Part shown: positions 37,031 to 46,971 of the stretch, in pieces
How positions within the stretch are numbered: position 1 is the first letter of the stretch
Layout: every line of letters begins with the position of its first letter
DNA from: Candidatus Poribacteria bacterium
GTDB taxonomy: Bacteria; Poribacteria; WGA-4E; WGA-3G
Length of the DNA: 63,280 nucleotides
Direction of reading: 5' to 3'
Assembly: GCA_022822275.1 (NCBI GenBank)
Contig: JAJEBZ010000043.1
Span: 1 to 63,280 of the forward strand
The notes under the pieces: generated by a model
Told to the model about the DNA's origin: nothing
Databases searched by the model: none
What the model saw: only the letters and a program-made list of their open reading frames with translations
Position numbers and translations under genes: made by a program

Positions 37031-37059
37031 TTGCCAAAAGCACGATAAACTGTTAATAT
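37031..37059 (+). promoter_or_regulatory. Predicted promoter of the methyltransferase gene; would give a near-leaderless mRNA
   Basis: TTGCCA, a 17 nt spacer, then TAATAT, ending 8 nt before the ATG at 37068. No Shine-Dalgarno sequence is visible. Confidence 0.45.
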
Positions 37060-37067
37060 CTAATCCA

Positions 37068-38558
37068 ATGAAAAATCAGATTGGACAAGTCTTTACCCCC
37101 ATCAAATGGGCAGAATGGCTCATCAGTAAATGGAATATCTTTGACGCGTGGCTTGACGGCGCACATCTATGCGACCCAACAGCAGGACAAGGTGTATTTG
37201 TCATAGCAATGCTGAAGATCGCGCAAAAAAATGGGGTACCTATTACTGCTGAACGTCTATCACGTCTAACCCTCATTGAGATGGTACCATCTCATCTTGA
37301 GCACTTTCAAAGAAAAGTTCAGCAAGACTACGGTATTAATTTTCCACCACCTCAAATCTATCGCCAAGATATAATCACTGAGACACATAAACGTCAATAC
37401 GACATCCTCATCGGCAACCCACCGTGGGCAAACTTTGGAGATTTACCCGACGGTTACAAAACTCAACTCAAACCCTATTTTATTAGGGAAGGACTTGTTC
37501 AGTATAAACAGCGGACATTGTTAGGTTCCTCTCGTGTTGATATAGCGGCATTGGTACTGAAGGTTGCGTTGGGAAAACTACTAAAACAGAATGGGACTGG
37601 TTATTTCTATCTACCCACATCTTTATTCTTTGGAGATGGTGCACATGCTGGATTTAGAAATTATCATGCAAATCAAAGAATGTTCACAATAGATTCTGTC
37701 CATGAATTTACGACAACCAAAGTGTTTAATGGGGTTAGTACCGCTTACTGCTGTGCAAAATTCCAAATTGATACTAAACAGAAATTCCCATTAACCTATT
37801 TCAAGGAAGTCGATGGAAAGTGGATAGAACATCAAGCAGGACCATTTAAAAATTCTACAGATCCGTGGCGGATCGTTCAAAACCTTGATGAAATCAATTT
37901 AGATGAAAAACTTGAGATTAAGTTATCTTTAGAGCAAAAACCGCGACAAGGTGTGAATACATGTGGGGCAAATCGTGTATTTATTTTTGACGGCAAACCT
38001 AAACATCTACCTGAAGAATTCCTGTTTCCACTTGCAACAAAAGAGATTTGGCGACAACATCAATCATCACCACACAAGTGGATTCTGCTGCCATACTCCA
38101 AGGATACGGGAAAACCGCTATCTTGGGATCAGATCAAAAAAATTGACACATTGAGAAACTATCTACAGAACTTTCAAGGGACTTTACAGCACAGAAAAGG
38201 TTCATTATTACGATCATTTATGAAAAATGGGAATTGGTGGGCATTACTTGGAGTTGGACCTTATGCCTTTGCACCATACAAAGTAATATGGCAAGCTTAT
38301 GGAAAAAACCATTTTACACCAATTGTGTTAAGCAGTATCAACGGGCAAATGTGGCAAGGCAATCAGGCGATGCACGCATTTATACCGTGCTGGCGCGAAG
38401 ACGATGCACATAGGATAAAGACAGCACTTGAAAATCCAGAGATTCCGATGCTTCTACAACAACTAAATGGGGCGGGAAAATGCAACTGGGCACAACCGGG
38501 GAAAATTAAGAAAATATTGTCCTTTAGTGAATCAGGATTTGGGAGTTTGTTCGGATAA
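37068..38558 (+). CDS. N6-adenine DNA methyltransferase, Eco57I/TaqI-like gamma class, with a C-terminal target-recognition region; no nuclease domain
   Basis: GQVFTP (motif X), CDPTAGQGVFVIA (motif I), DILIGNPPWANF (motif IV). Confidence 0.8.
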   Translation: MKNQIGQVFTPIKWAEWLISKWNIFDAWLDGAHLCDPTAGQGVFVIAMLKIAQKNGVPITAERLSRLTLIEMVPSHLEHFQRKVQQDYGINFPPPQIYRQDIITETHKRQYDILIGNPPWANFGDLPDGYKTQLKPYFIREGLVQYKQRTLLGSSRVDIAALVLKVALGKLLKQNGTGYFYLPTSLFFGDGAHAGFRNYHANQRMFTIDSVHEFTTTKVFNGVSTAYCCAKFQIDTKQKFPLTYFKEVDGKWIEHQAGPFKNSTDPWRIVQNLDEINLDEKLEIKLSLEQKPRQGVNTCGANRVFIFDGKPKHLPEEFLFPLATKEIWRQHQSSPHKWILLPYSKDTGKPLSWDQIKKIDTLRNYLQNFQGTLQHRKGSLLRSFMKNGNWWALLGVGPYAFAPYKVIWQAYGKNHFTPIVLSSINGQMWQGNQAMHAFIPCWREDDAHRIKTALENPEIPMLLQQLNGAGKCNWAQPGKIKKILSFSESGFGSLFG

Positions 38559-38716
38559 GACTTCTCTATCAACCGTTATACCAGGAGAAAACACAACTTA
38601 TGCAAAACGAACTCATGCTACTAAAAACTATACACACTCAATAAACACTTTTCACTTGTGAAATCATGCACAATGTGCTAAACTTATTCCAAAATACAAG
38701 GCAGGAGGAGAATTAA

Positions 38717-40024
38717 ATGGTTCAAGCCAAACCCCCACGTGCATTTCATGTCATGACAAAACCCATCGGACCCATCTGCAACTTAGATTGCGAATACTGC
38801 TTTTATCTGGATAAAGAGAAATTATATCCTGAAGCCCGTTCATTTCGTATGCAAGACGATACTTTGGAAAAATACGTCAAGCAGTATATTGAGGCGCAAC
38901 AAGTAAACGAAGTTACGTTTGCGTGGCAAGGTGGCGAACCTACACTGATGGGTGTGGATTTTTTCCGGCAAGTTGTCCGATATCAATATAAATATAGACG
39001 CCCCGGCATGACCATACAGAATACATTCCAAACTAACGCTACACTACTTGACGATGAATGGGGACAATTTTTCAAACAGAACAAATTCCTAATTGGCATA
39101 AGTATAGACGGTCCACCAGAGATACACGATAAATACAGGTATGACAAACGCGGTCGTCCTTCATCACATCAGGTAATACGCGGATTGGAAATATTACAGA
39201 AGCATAAGGTTGACTATAACGTGCTTTGTGTCGTCAACAGACACAACGCTGATTATCCTAAAGAGGTGTATTCATATTTCAAAGGTCTTGGCGTGGAGTT
39301 TATGCAATTTATTCCTGCAGTTGAGCATTTTGATGGCGAAAATGTGTCCCCCCGCTCTGTCACAGCAAAGCAATACGGGAAATTCCTATCCACTATTTTT
39401 GATGAGTGGGTGGTAAGTGACATTGGTAAAATATTCGTCCAAATTTTTGATGTCGCATTAGAAGCCTGGTTGGGGTATAACCCAAGTCTCTGTGTCTTCA
39501 ACGAAACGTGTGGCGATGCAATGGCTATTGAGCATAACGGTGATCTCTATTCCTGCGACCATTACGTCACACCTGACTACTTCATCGGCAACATTGAAGA
39601 GACCTCAATTGCAGACATGGTAGATTCACCGTTTCAACGCAAATTTGGCACTGATAAACGCGACACACTCCCAGAATATTGCAAGAAATGTGAAGTCAAA
39701 TTCGTCTGCAATGGGGGCTGCCCTAAAAATAGAATTATCAAGACACCAGATGGAGAGGAAGGTCTTAACTATCTCTGTGAGGGGTATAAGCATTTTTTCA
39801 AACACATTGATGAACCGATGAAACTCATGGCTGAGGCTCTTCAGGCAGGTAAACCCGCAAATAGTATTATACCCATTGTGCGGGAACGTCAACGAGGAAA
39901 AAGAAGAAGTACTCCTGTTAAAGCACAGACAATTTCAACCTTATCGCAGAAAGTTGGGCGAAACTCGCCTTGCCCGTGTGGCAGTGGACGAAAATACAAA
40001 CAGTGTTGTCTGAATAAAACATAG
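38717..40024 (+). CDS. Anaerobic sulfatase-maturating enzyme (radical SAM + SPASM) with a C-terminal SEC-C motif
   Basis: CNLDCEYCFY radical-SAM cluster, QGGEPTL, SPASM cysteines (CDHY.., CKKCEVKFVCNGGCPKNR), tail SPCPCGSGRKYKQCC. Confidence 0.85.
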   Translation: MVQAKPPRAFHVMTKPIGPICNLDCEYCFYLDKEKLYPEARSFRMQDDTLEKYVKQYIEAQQVNEVTFAWQGGEPTLMGVDFFRQVVRYQYKYRRPGMTIQNTFQTNATLLDDEWGQFFKQNKFLIGISIDGPPEIHDKYRYDKRGRPSSHQVIRGLEILQKHKVDYNVLCVVNRHNADYPKEVYSYFKGLGVEFMQFIPAVEHFDGENVSPRSVTAKQYGKFLSTIFDEWVVSDIGKIFVQIFDVALEAWLGYNPSLCVFNETCGDAMAIEHNGDLYSCDHYVTPDYFIGNIEETSIADMVDSPFQRKFGTDKRDTLPEYCKKCEVKFVCNGGCPKNRIIKTPDGEEGLNYLCEGYKHFFKHIDEPMKLMAEALQAGKPANSIIPIVRERQRGKRRSTPVKAQTISTLSQKVGRNSPCPCGSGRKYKQCCLNKT

Positions 40025-40046
40025 TCAGTACCTGAATTGATTACTT

Positions 40047-41291
40047 GTGAAGGAACACGTTACTACTATGCATCAAATACAGAGTGATCTGGTTTCCTTC
40101 CGTGAATTAGTTCCTGAAATCAGTGACACAGGTTATTTGACACACGCAATTTTCTATTACCCTGCAAAGTTCATACCGCAAGTCGTTAGGTATGCAATTA
40201 ACACTTACACAAAGGAAGGAGACTGGATTATTGATCCGTTTGCCGGTTCAGGAACAGTTGGATTAGAGGCATATTTGTGCAAACGCAACGCAGTATTACT
40301 TGACCTGAATCCGCTGTTGAATCATATTATCCCACTAAAAATATGTCCCTACAAAGAACGATTAAAAAAAGGACATTTATTTGAGCTGTTAGAAGAAATG
40401 GTGCAATCAGCACATCATTTCATTCCTTCATGGTCGAATGTGGATTATTGGTATCCCCCTGAAATGTTGGAAGTACTTTCAAAATACTGGGGTTACATCA
40501 AAAATATTGACCGGTCTCCATATACACAGATTGTTGAATCCGCATTGCTAAAAACCAGTAAACACTTCTCTTATGCAGAACACCGAATACCCAAACTATA
40601 CAGATCAAAACGGAAGAAAAGTTATATTGAAGACCTGCTGAAAACAGAATGGAAAGATAAACTGAAAGAGATGGTTTACACGGTATCTTTAAAAACCTTA
40701 CAAGACATCAACAACTTCATTAGCATAACACCAAAACACAAGAATAGGGTTGAGTACAAAGGGGGAATTGATTCATCCCACTATCAAGTCGGTCATGCAT
40801 GTGATGCACTAATTACATCACCGCCCTATCTACAAGCACAAGAATATATCCGCACAGCAAAAATGGACCTGTTCTGGTTAGGTTTTGAGGAAGAAGAAAT
40901 CCGAAAATTAGCACGACTTGAAATACCGTATCGTAAAGCAGATAGAATCATACAGGCAAAAACATTAGACTCTGTCAGAACCGTTTTAGAACGAAAAGAC
41001 CTTATAAACTTATTAGATTCCTATTTCTGCCACACCATCAACGCACTTGAAAATTCAATGAATTCTCTCAAATCTAACGCAACCGCCTGCATCTTCGTAG
41101 GCAACCCTTCAATTGATGGCATAAAGGTAGAAATCTGGAGAATTCTAATGGAATACTTTACACAACGTGGATTCATATTTGAGAAAGTCTATGAAGATAA
41201 AATAAAAACAAGACAACTGTTTGGGGCAAGGAAAAACAAGAACCCCGATGGAATGAAATCAGAATACTTACTGATATTAAGAAAGGCATAA
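40047..41291 (+). CDS. SAM-dependent N4/N6-type methyltransferase (motif I before motif IV, alpha-like order)
   Basis: YPAKFIPQVVRYAINTYTKEGDWIIDPFAGSGTVGLEA (motif I), then DALITSPPYLQAQEY (motif IV) ~200 aa later. Start is GTG 40047 or ATG 40068. Confidence 0.7.
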   Translation: MKEHVTTMHQIQSDLVSFRELVPEISDTGYLTHAIFYYPAKFIPQVVRYAINTYTKEGDWIIDPFAGSGTVGLEAYLCKRNAVLLDLNPLLNHIIPLKICPYKERLKKGHLFELLEEMVQSAHHFIPSWSNVDYWYPPEMLEVLSKYWGYIKNIDRSPYTQIVESALLKTSKHFSYAEHRIPKLYRSKRKKSYIEDLLKTEWKDKLKEMVYTVSLKTLQDINNFISITPKHKNRVEYKGGIDSSHYQVGHACDALITSPPYLQAQEYIRTAKMDLFWLGFEEEEIRKLARLEIPYRKADRIIQAKTLDSVRTVLERKDLINLLDSYFCHTINALENSMNSLKSNATACIFVGNPSIDGIKVEIWRILMEYFTQRGFIFEKVYEDKIKTRQLFGARKNKNPDGMKSEYLLILRKA

Positions 41292-41300
41292 AGGAGATTT

Positions 41301-42812
41301 ATGGATAACACCAGGCCGAACATATTGCTAATCACAAGTGACCAACAACATTGGAACACATTGGGATGTCTAAACCCAGAAATTCAGACACCCCATTTAG
41401 ATGCGATGGCACAGGATGGTACCCTCTTCCATCGCGCCTACTGTCCAAACCCAACATGCACACCAACCCGCGCCTCCATCATCACAGGAAAGTATCCCAG
41501 CCAACACGGTGCATGGTCCCTCGGAACAAAGCTCTTGGAAAATGAACATACCGTCGGTGAAGATTTCATAGACGCAGGCTACAGGACTGCTCTTGTTGGA
41601 AAGGCACATTTCCAACCCTTGCGCGGTTCTGATGAATTCCCATCTCTGGAATCTTATCCTATTCTACAAGATTTGGATTTCTGGAGAAATTTCAGCGATC
41701 CGTTCTATGGATTCGAGCATGTGGAACTGGCGCGGAATCATGCCGATGAAGCACACGTCGGTCAACATTACGCAATATGGATGGAAGAAAAAGGCTGCAC
41801 AAATTGGCGTGACTATTTTTCACCTCCTACTGGCAACGCTAAGGGACAATACAGAAAATGGCCAATCCCTGAAGAATTTCACTATGATACCTGGATTGCA
41901 GAACGCACAAACGCACTCATGGAACAATATCAGCAGAACGGAGAGAATTTTTTCTTGTGGGCAAGTTTCTTCGATCCGCACCCGAAATACCTCGTGCCTG
42001 AACCGTGGGACACCATGTATGATCCAGAAGCATTAACAGTTCCATCTGTAACAGAAGGTGAACATGACAATAATCCGCCGCATTTCCAGATGACACAACA
42101 ACGCAAACCGGACTTCTCCGAATGGCGTGAAACAGGAAAAGGTATTCACGGCTTCAGGTCCCACCTACGAGATAGGGATGAACTTGCAAAGGACATTGCT
42201 GTCTATTACGGCATGGTGAGTCTGATGGATAAGTATATCGGTGAAATCTTGGGAAAACTTGATGAACTCGGTCTTGCGGATAACACGCTTGTAGTCTTCA
42301 CATCTGACCATGGACACTTCTATGGACAGCATGGACTCATTGCAAAAGGGGCATTTCATTACGAAGATGTGATACGCGTGCCTTTTCTCGTACGGTATCC
42401 GGGTGTTGTTCCTGCAGGAAAACAATCTGACGCATTGCAGACATTAGTAGATTTAGCTCCAACTTTCCTCAGTGCTGCTGGGATTGACATTCCACTACAG
42501 ATGACTGGCGTAGACCAGACATCTGTTTGGTCCGGACAGGAAGAGCATGCTCGCGACCATATCATCGTTGAAAACCACCATGAACCAACAACTGTTCACG
42601 TAAAGACTTATGTGGATGACCGGTATAAACTTACCGTTTATTACAATCGGGATTATGGAGAGCTGTTTGACATGCATGAGGATCCGGGTGAAATCAATAA
42701 TCTATGGAATTCACCTGAACATGCTGAATTAAAAGCAGAGTTAGTGATGAAACTATTGTTCGCGGAAATGGGAAAAGAGTCGCTGCCTGTTCCGAGAACA
42801 TCAGGAGCATAA
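41301..42812 (+). CDS. Cys-type sulfatase (formylglycine-dependent), no obvious signal peptide
   Basis: NILLITSDQQ, CTPTRASIITGKYPSQHG (C-x-P-x-R), FTSDHGHFYG. Confidence 0.9.
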   Translation: MDNTRPNILLITSDQQHWNTLGCLNPEIQTPHLDAMAQDGTLFHRAYCPNPTCTPTRASIITGKYPSQHGAWSLGTKLLENEHTVGEDFIDAGYRTALVGKAHFQPLRGSDEFPSLESYPILQDLDFWRNFSDPFYGFEHVELARNHADEAHVGQHYAIWMEEKGCTNWRDYFSPPTGNAKGQYRKWPIPEEFHYDTWIAERTNALMEQYQQNGENFFLWASFFDPHPKYLVPEPWDTMYDPEALTVPSVTEGEHDNNPPHFQMTQQRKPDFSEWRETGKGIHGFRSHLRDRDELAKDIAVYYGMVSLMDKYIGEILGKLDELGLADNTLVVFTSDHGHFYGQHGLIAKGAFHYEDVIRVPFLVRYPGVVPAGKQSDALQTLVDLAPTFLSAAGIDIPLQMTGVDQTSVWSGQEEHARDHIIVENHHEPTTVHVKTYVDDRYKLTVYYNRDYGELFDMHEDPGEINNLWNSPEHAELKAELVMKLLFAEMGKESLPVPRTSGA

Positions 42813-42898
42813 TTCATTGATGGTAGTTATACATTGTGGTATACTATTACGGAAGTTTTACAATATAAGGCAATTAACCCATACTGCATTTAGAATCT

Positions 42899-43633
42899 TT
42901 GTTGCTTTTAGGAGATGGTATGATGATGCGAAAAATACAGTCTGCACCGACAATCTACTATCCCGAATCAGACGGTAAACCTATGGCAGAAACAGATAAA
43001 CATCGCGATTTAATGGTAGCTTTCATTCAGATGCTGCAATACTATTTCAGGAATAAACCGGTTTATGTTTCGGGAAACCTATTGATGTATTACGAACAAG
43101 GTAATATCAAGAAATGTGTTGCGCCGGATGTCTTCGTCGTTTTTGGTGTATCCAAGAAACGCCGCCGCACCTATCTAACATGGGAAGAAGGGAACACACC
43201 AGATTTTGTTCTGGAACTCGCAAGTCCAAGCACTTTTAGAGAGGATATGCGTAGGAAAAAGGATCTCTATGCGTCTGTTCTCAGAGTCAAGGAATACTAT
43301 ATTTACGATCCTTATGGTGAGATAAACCCGTATTTTATTGGGTTTCGGTTAATAGATGGCGAGTATCAAGAGATAGATTTTATCAATGAGCGTTTAGTGT
43401 CCGAGGTGTTAGATTTGGAACTCGGTGAACATAATGGTATTTTGAGGTTATATGACCCACGCGCTGAACAATGGCTGCAACCCCCACCAGAACGGGTAGC
43501 AGACGCTGAAGAACGCGCACAAACTGCTGAAGAACGCGCACAACAAGAAGCTGCTGCCAGACAAAACCTTGAAGCAGAACTTGCTAAAGCACTATTGGAA
43601 ATTGAACAACTACGTGAAAAGTCGGGTAGTTAA
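42899..43633 (+). CDS. Uma2 (DUF820) family endonuclease with a C-terminal coiled-coil tail
   Basis: YPESDGKPMAETDKHRDLM, APDVFVVFGV, PDFVLELASPST (PD-(D/E)xK-like), then AEERAQTAEERAQQEAAARQNLEAELA. Confidence 0.8.
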   Translation: MLLLGDGMMMRKIQSAPTIYYPESDGKPMAETDKHRDLMVAFIQMLQYYFRNKPVYVSGNLLMYYEQGNIKKCVAPDVFVVFGVSKKRRRTYLTWEEGNTPDFVLELASPSTFREDMRRKKDLYASVLRVKEYYIYDPYGEINPYFIGFRLIDGEYQEIDFINERLVSEVLDLELGEHNGILRLYDPRAEQWLQPPPERVADAEERAQTAEERAQQEAAARQNLEAELAKALLEIEQLREKSGS

Positions 43634-43692
43634 GGACAAACTTCTTGGTTAAATCAAGTTTCAGTTGTTCCAGGTTCCTGCGAAATAAACGG

Positions 43693-44517
43693 CTAATATC
43701 TGCGTTTCCAGTGCCAACTATCACTTCCAGAGATTAGCGGACGAATGTCTTCGGGGAGTGTCTCAATAAAATCTGGGCTCACCTCATTGCCAGGCCATTC
43801 ACGTACCATCGGCGGTGTATAACCAGCAATTAAGATAACCCTTTCCTTATCGCTTCGTATAGCAGTGGTGCTGTGAATAAGTGCTTCCGCAAAAAGTAAC
43901 ACTGAACCCGCAGATGCTTCTACTTGATGGATGAGTTTATCATCAGAGAGTGCAGCTTCGATCATCTCATTCTGTTTCCATGTCAAGCGGTGGCTGCCCG
44001 GAATCACACAAGTTCCTCCGTCATCAGGCCCTACATCAGTCAGATATGCCAACGTTTTCACAAAGATACAATGAAATTTATCCTGTTCCATATAGGTACC
44101 CCAACCGTGCTTTGTGCCACGATGGAAACCGGTTGGGTTGTAACGTCGGTTGTGAAGTTCCTCTAAATCTTGATCTGGATTCCTTCTGTTGATAATAGCC
44201 TCTGTCTCTTCAAGGCGGACTTTACCACCGACGACCTCCTCCACAAGCGGAACAAGTTTAGGATGGGCAGCATATTCCAGCAACGCAGGATCGTATTCAA
44301 CGAGATTCCCCATGTGTGCATGGTGTTCACCACGCCAATTGCAATATACTCTTGTGCTGTCAAGATTCTCAGACGCTTTAATTCTGTAAAGCGCGTCCTT
44401 CATTCGCTCAATTTCATCAGTGGTAAGGACGTTCGCCAACAGAACAAACCCATATATATCAAAGTGCAACCTTTGTGCAGATGTGAGATGCACATTTCCA
44501 TTGTCCATAGCCATCAC
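43693..44517 (-). CDS. PhyH-family Fe(II)/2OG oxygenase-like protein with HRG in place of HxD
   Basis: LTSAQRLHFDIYGFVLLANVL, GFHRGTKHG, VIPGSHRL, EALIHSTTAI. Confidence 0.7.
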   Translation of the reverse strand: MMAMDNGNVHLTSAQRLHFDIYGFVLLANVLTTDEIERMKDALYRIKASENLDSTRVYCNWRGEHHAHMGNLVEYDPALLEYAAHPKLVPLVEEVVGGKVRLEETEAIINRRNPDQDLEELHNRRYNPTGFHRGTKHGWGTYMEQDKFHCIFVKTLAYLTDVGPDDGGTCVIPGSHRLTWKQNEMIEAALSDDKLIHQVEASAGSVLLFAEALIHSTTAIRSDKERVILIAGYTPPMVREWPGNEVSPDFIETLPEDIRPLISGSDSWHWKRRY

Positions 44518-44555
44518 CTAAATCGTGTGGAATAGTGTTTGAATGGGTTGCCCTA

Positions 44556-45371
44556 TTACCATACGGATGTTCTTTTGATATTTCCCCAAGTTGTTGCAAG
44601 TTTCCCTTGCGGGTCAACATCAAGATTCAAAGGTTCACTCCCTTCATAGATCAGCAAATCATCTACATAACCCGGTGAAAAAATTCCATAGACATGAAAA
44701 GCAACCCATTGCACAGTTGGATTTACTGCAGCATTCCGAAAAGCAAGCCCATTATATCCTCTATCTTTTAGAGCTTGGTCTCTATCGTTTCCAATGTACA
44801 TTTCAAATTCACTTTTGTCAACATTGGCAACTACACGCACGTATTTCCATGTATCCGTTTCAAAATCGTCAATAGGCACCCATGTAGCACCGTTATAGAG
44901 TCGTACTGTGTTATTGTCCCAATTTATATACACCCCACCATCATTTACCCTGATACTATCAGAAGAAACGACTTTGAAATTGAATGAACGGCCTCCACTT
45001 GCAATATAAACCCAAAATTCAACTGAAATAACAGGATTATCGGTTTCTATCGGTACACCAATTGTATCATCATTGGCACCCCCTAAAATTGCAAGAGATT
45101 TATTATCGGTCTTAACTTGTTCAGTTGACACTTCCATCATCTCTGCCAGTACTTCCCAATCATTAGGTGGATTTCCAACAGTGTCTTTCTCAAACCCAGT
45201 TTGTAAAAACACCTCTTGTGCATTTACCGTTGATATAACGTAAAAACTCAAAGTAAATAGCACAAAGAGTATTGATACCACCACAAGATGAGTCGGTCTT
45301 GCGGTGGTTGTTTCATTTCTAATGCGAACATGATTTTTATACATTGTCTCCTCCTTGAGAGTCATTTTCAA
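44556..45371 (-). CDS. Secreted/anchored LamG-like (concanavalin-type) domain protein, paralog A
   Basis: N-terminal hydrophobic anchor, then ..VISVEFWVYIASGGRSFNFKVV..GGVYINW..TWKYVRVVANV..YVDDLLIYEG. Jelly-roll-like pattern. Confidence 0.55.
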   Translation of the reverse strand: MKMTLKEETMYKNHVRIRNETTTARPTHLVVVSILFVLFTLSFYVISTVNAQEVFLQTGFEKDTVGNPPNDWEVLAEMMEVSTEQVKTDNKSLAILGGANDDTIGVPIETDNPVISVEFWVYIASGGRSFNFKVVSSDSIRVNDGGVYINWDNNTVRLYNGATWVPIDDFETDTWKYVRVVANVDKSEFEMYIGNDRDQALKDRGYNGLAFRNAAVNPTVQWVAFHVYGIFSPGYVDDLLIYEGSEPLNLDVDPQGKLATTWGNIKRTSVW

Positions 45372-45408
45372 GAACTATCATTGCATGCAATCCATAAAAG
45401 AATTGATT

Positions 45409-46200
45409 TTATCTAAATGGGGATTGTTTTTTGACTTGTCCCCAAAAAGTTGTCAGTTTTCCTTTTGGTTCAACAGGTGTTAGAGATGGTGGATCCGCAC
45501 CTTCGTAAACGAATAGGTCATCAACGAATCCTTGTGCGACTGTGGAATAAACATGAAATGAAACCCACTGTGCAGTAGGATTTTCAGCGGCATTCCGGAA
45601 AGCAAGTCCTGAAATCGGATCAGCTAACAAAACTGCTTCACGATCATCACCAACATAGTAATCAAAAACACTATTGGTAGCGTCAGCGACAATACGCACA
45701 TATTTCCAAGTTTCAAAAGGGAAGTCACCAACTGCGACCCAAGCGGACCCGTCGTATAATCGGGTTGCGTTGGCATTCCAGTTGAGATAGACACCGCCAT
45801 CGTTAACGCCAACCGCATCATTTGTAACTACTTTGAAATTAAATGACCTACCAGCACCTTTGACGTATGCCCAAAATTCTACTGAGATGATGGGGTTTTC
45901 TGTTTCTATTGCCACCCCTACATTATCGTCATTGTCTCCCAAAATACCGAGTGCTTTCTCACCATTTTTAACAGTGTCGGCTGACACGACTATCTGAGAC
46001 CCTCTTACCGCCCAATCTGTTGGCGCAGCACCGAGATCGAATTCCTCAAATCCGGTTTCAACTAAGACCGTCTGAGCAGTTGTAGTCTGTACCAGAAATA
46101 GACAAAAAACGATTAAAACTAAAAAAGACATTGAAAAAACAGAGTTGTGGTATTTCCCACATGTTAATGTTGACATATTTCGATCAAGATATTGGTTCAT
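45409..46200 (-). CDS. Secreted/anchored LamG-like domain protein, paralog B
   Basis: Collinear with paralog A (IISVEFWAYVKGAGRSFNFKVV..GGVYLNW..TWKYVRIVADA..FVDDLFVYEG). Confidence 0.55.
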   Translation of the reverse strand: MNQYLDRNMSTLTCGKYHNSVFSMSFLVLIVFCLFLVQTTTAQTVLVETGFEEFDLGAAPTDWAVRGSQIVVSADTVKNGEKALGILGDNDDNVGVAIETENPIISVEFWAYVKGAGRSFNFKVVTNDAVGVNDGGVYLNWNANATRLYDGSAWVAVGDFPFETWKYVRIVADATNSVFDYYVGDDREAVLLADPISGLAFRNAAENPTAQWVSFHVYSTVAQGFVDDLFVYEGADPPSLTPVEPKGKLTTFWGQVKKQSPFR

Positions 46201-46209
46201 TTGATCCTC

Positions 46210-46971
46210 CTAAATTAAGGTTATAAGTTTTTCGTTATTAGTGATTGAATTTACTAAACAATAATAGATGTATCTATAACTATTAATTTTACCTGAATAT
46301 ACAGGATAAGAAATTTGAATTTCCAACCATTCTATTCCCACGCACGCCCTGAGACCTTCAACAAACACTTGAAAACTATTCGATCTATTACGACTCGGTT
46401 TCATGTGATGTGCTATGTTTTGTGCGACTTCAATTTTTGGAATTTTTTCAACATAATCTCGAGTTTTTATTAGTAAACGTTCTAATGCTTCGTACGTCCC
46501 ACCAGTAATCGCATCGGGATCTCGGTACTTTTTCTGATATTGAAGGTTTTTGGATACACTGGGATATGCTTCATGTAATGCCTCTATGTCACCAAAAAAC
46601 CATGCCTCTAATTCCTCTATGGCTAATCGATTCACTACTTGAAAATCACCGTTTGGAAGAGTCCTTGATTTTGTCACAAGACCTGATTGATGCGCTGCAT
46701 TTTCTAATTGTGTCTTGAGTTCTTGGCAATTTTTTCGATCTTCATCAATTAGCACCACAATCCGCCAATCAGCTGGCATCCATTTTGAGTAACCTTTCAA
46801 CCGTGCCGAAAGTTTTTTTAGCAAATCTGGTTTTCCGTTAAAAACATGAAAGTTATAACTGACATCATCGGGAAGTATCTTAGGTAGTATTAACTTTAAT
46901 GTGACTTCGGCAGAACGTTCTTCCAATAGGAATTCAATATGCATGTTTTTATACCTTTGGACCTCCTGCAT
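46210..46971 (-). CDS. DUF4276-like protein (possible Toprim-like effector), partner of the upstream ATPase
   Basis: [52 protein letters not shown]. Start is either 46971 (23-nt overlap with the ATPase) or MHIEF at 46944 (4 nt after its stop). Confidence 0.6.
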   Translation of the reverse strand: MQEVQRYKNMHIEFLLEERSAEVTLKLILPKILPDDVSYNFHVFNGKPDLLKKLSARLKGYSKWMPADWRIVVLIDEDRKNCQELKTQLENAAHQSGLVTKSRTLPNGDFQVVNRLAIEELEAWFFGDIEALHEAYPSVSKNLQYQKKYRDPDAITGGTYEALERLLIKTRDYVEKIPKIEVAQNIAHHMKPSRNRSNSFQVFVEGLRACVGIEWLEIQISYPVYSGKINSYRYIYYCLVNSITNNEKLITLI

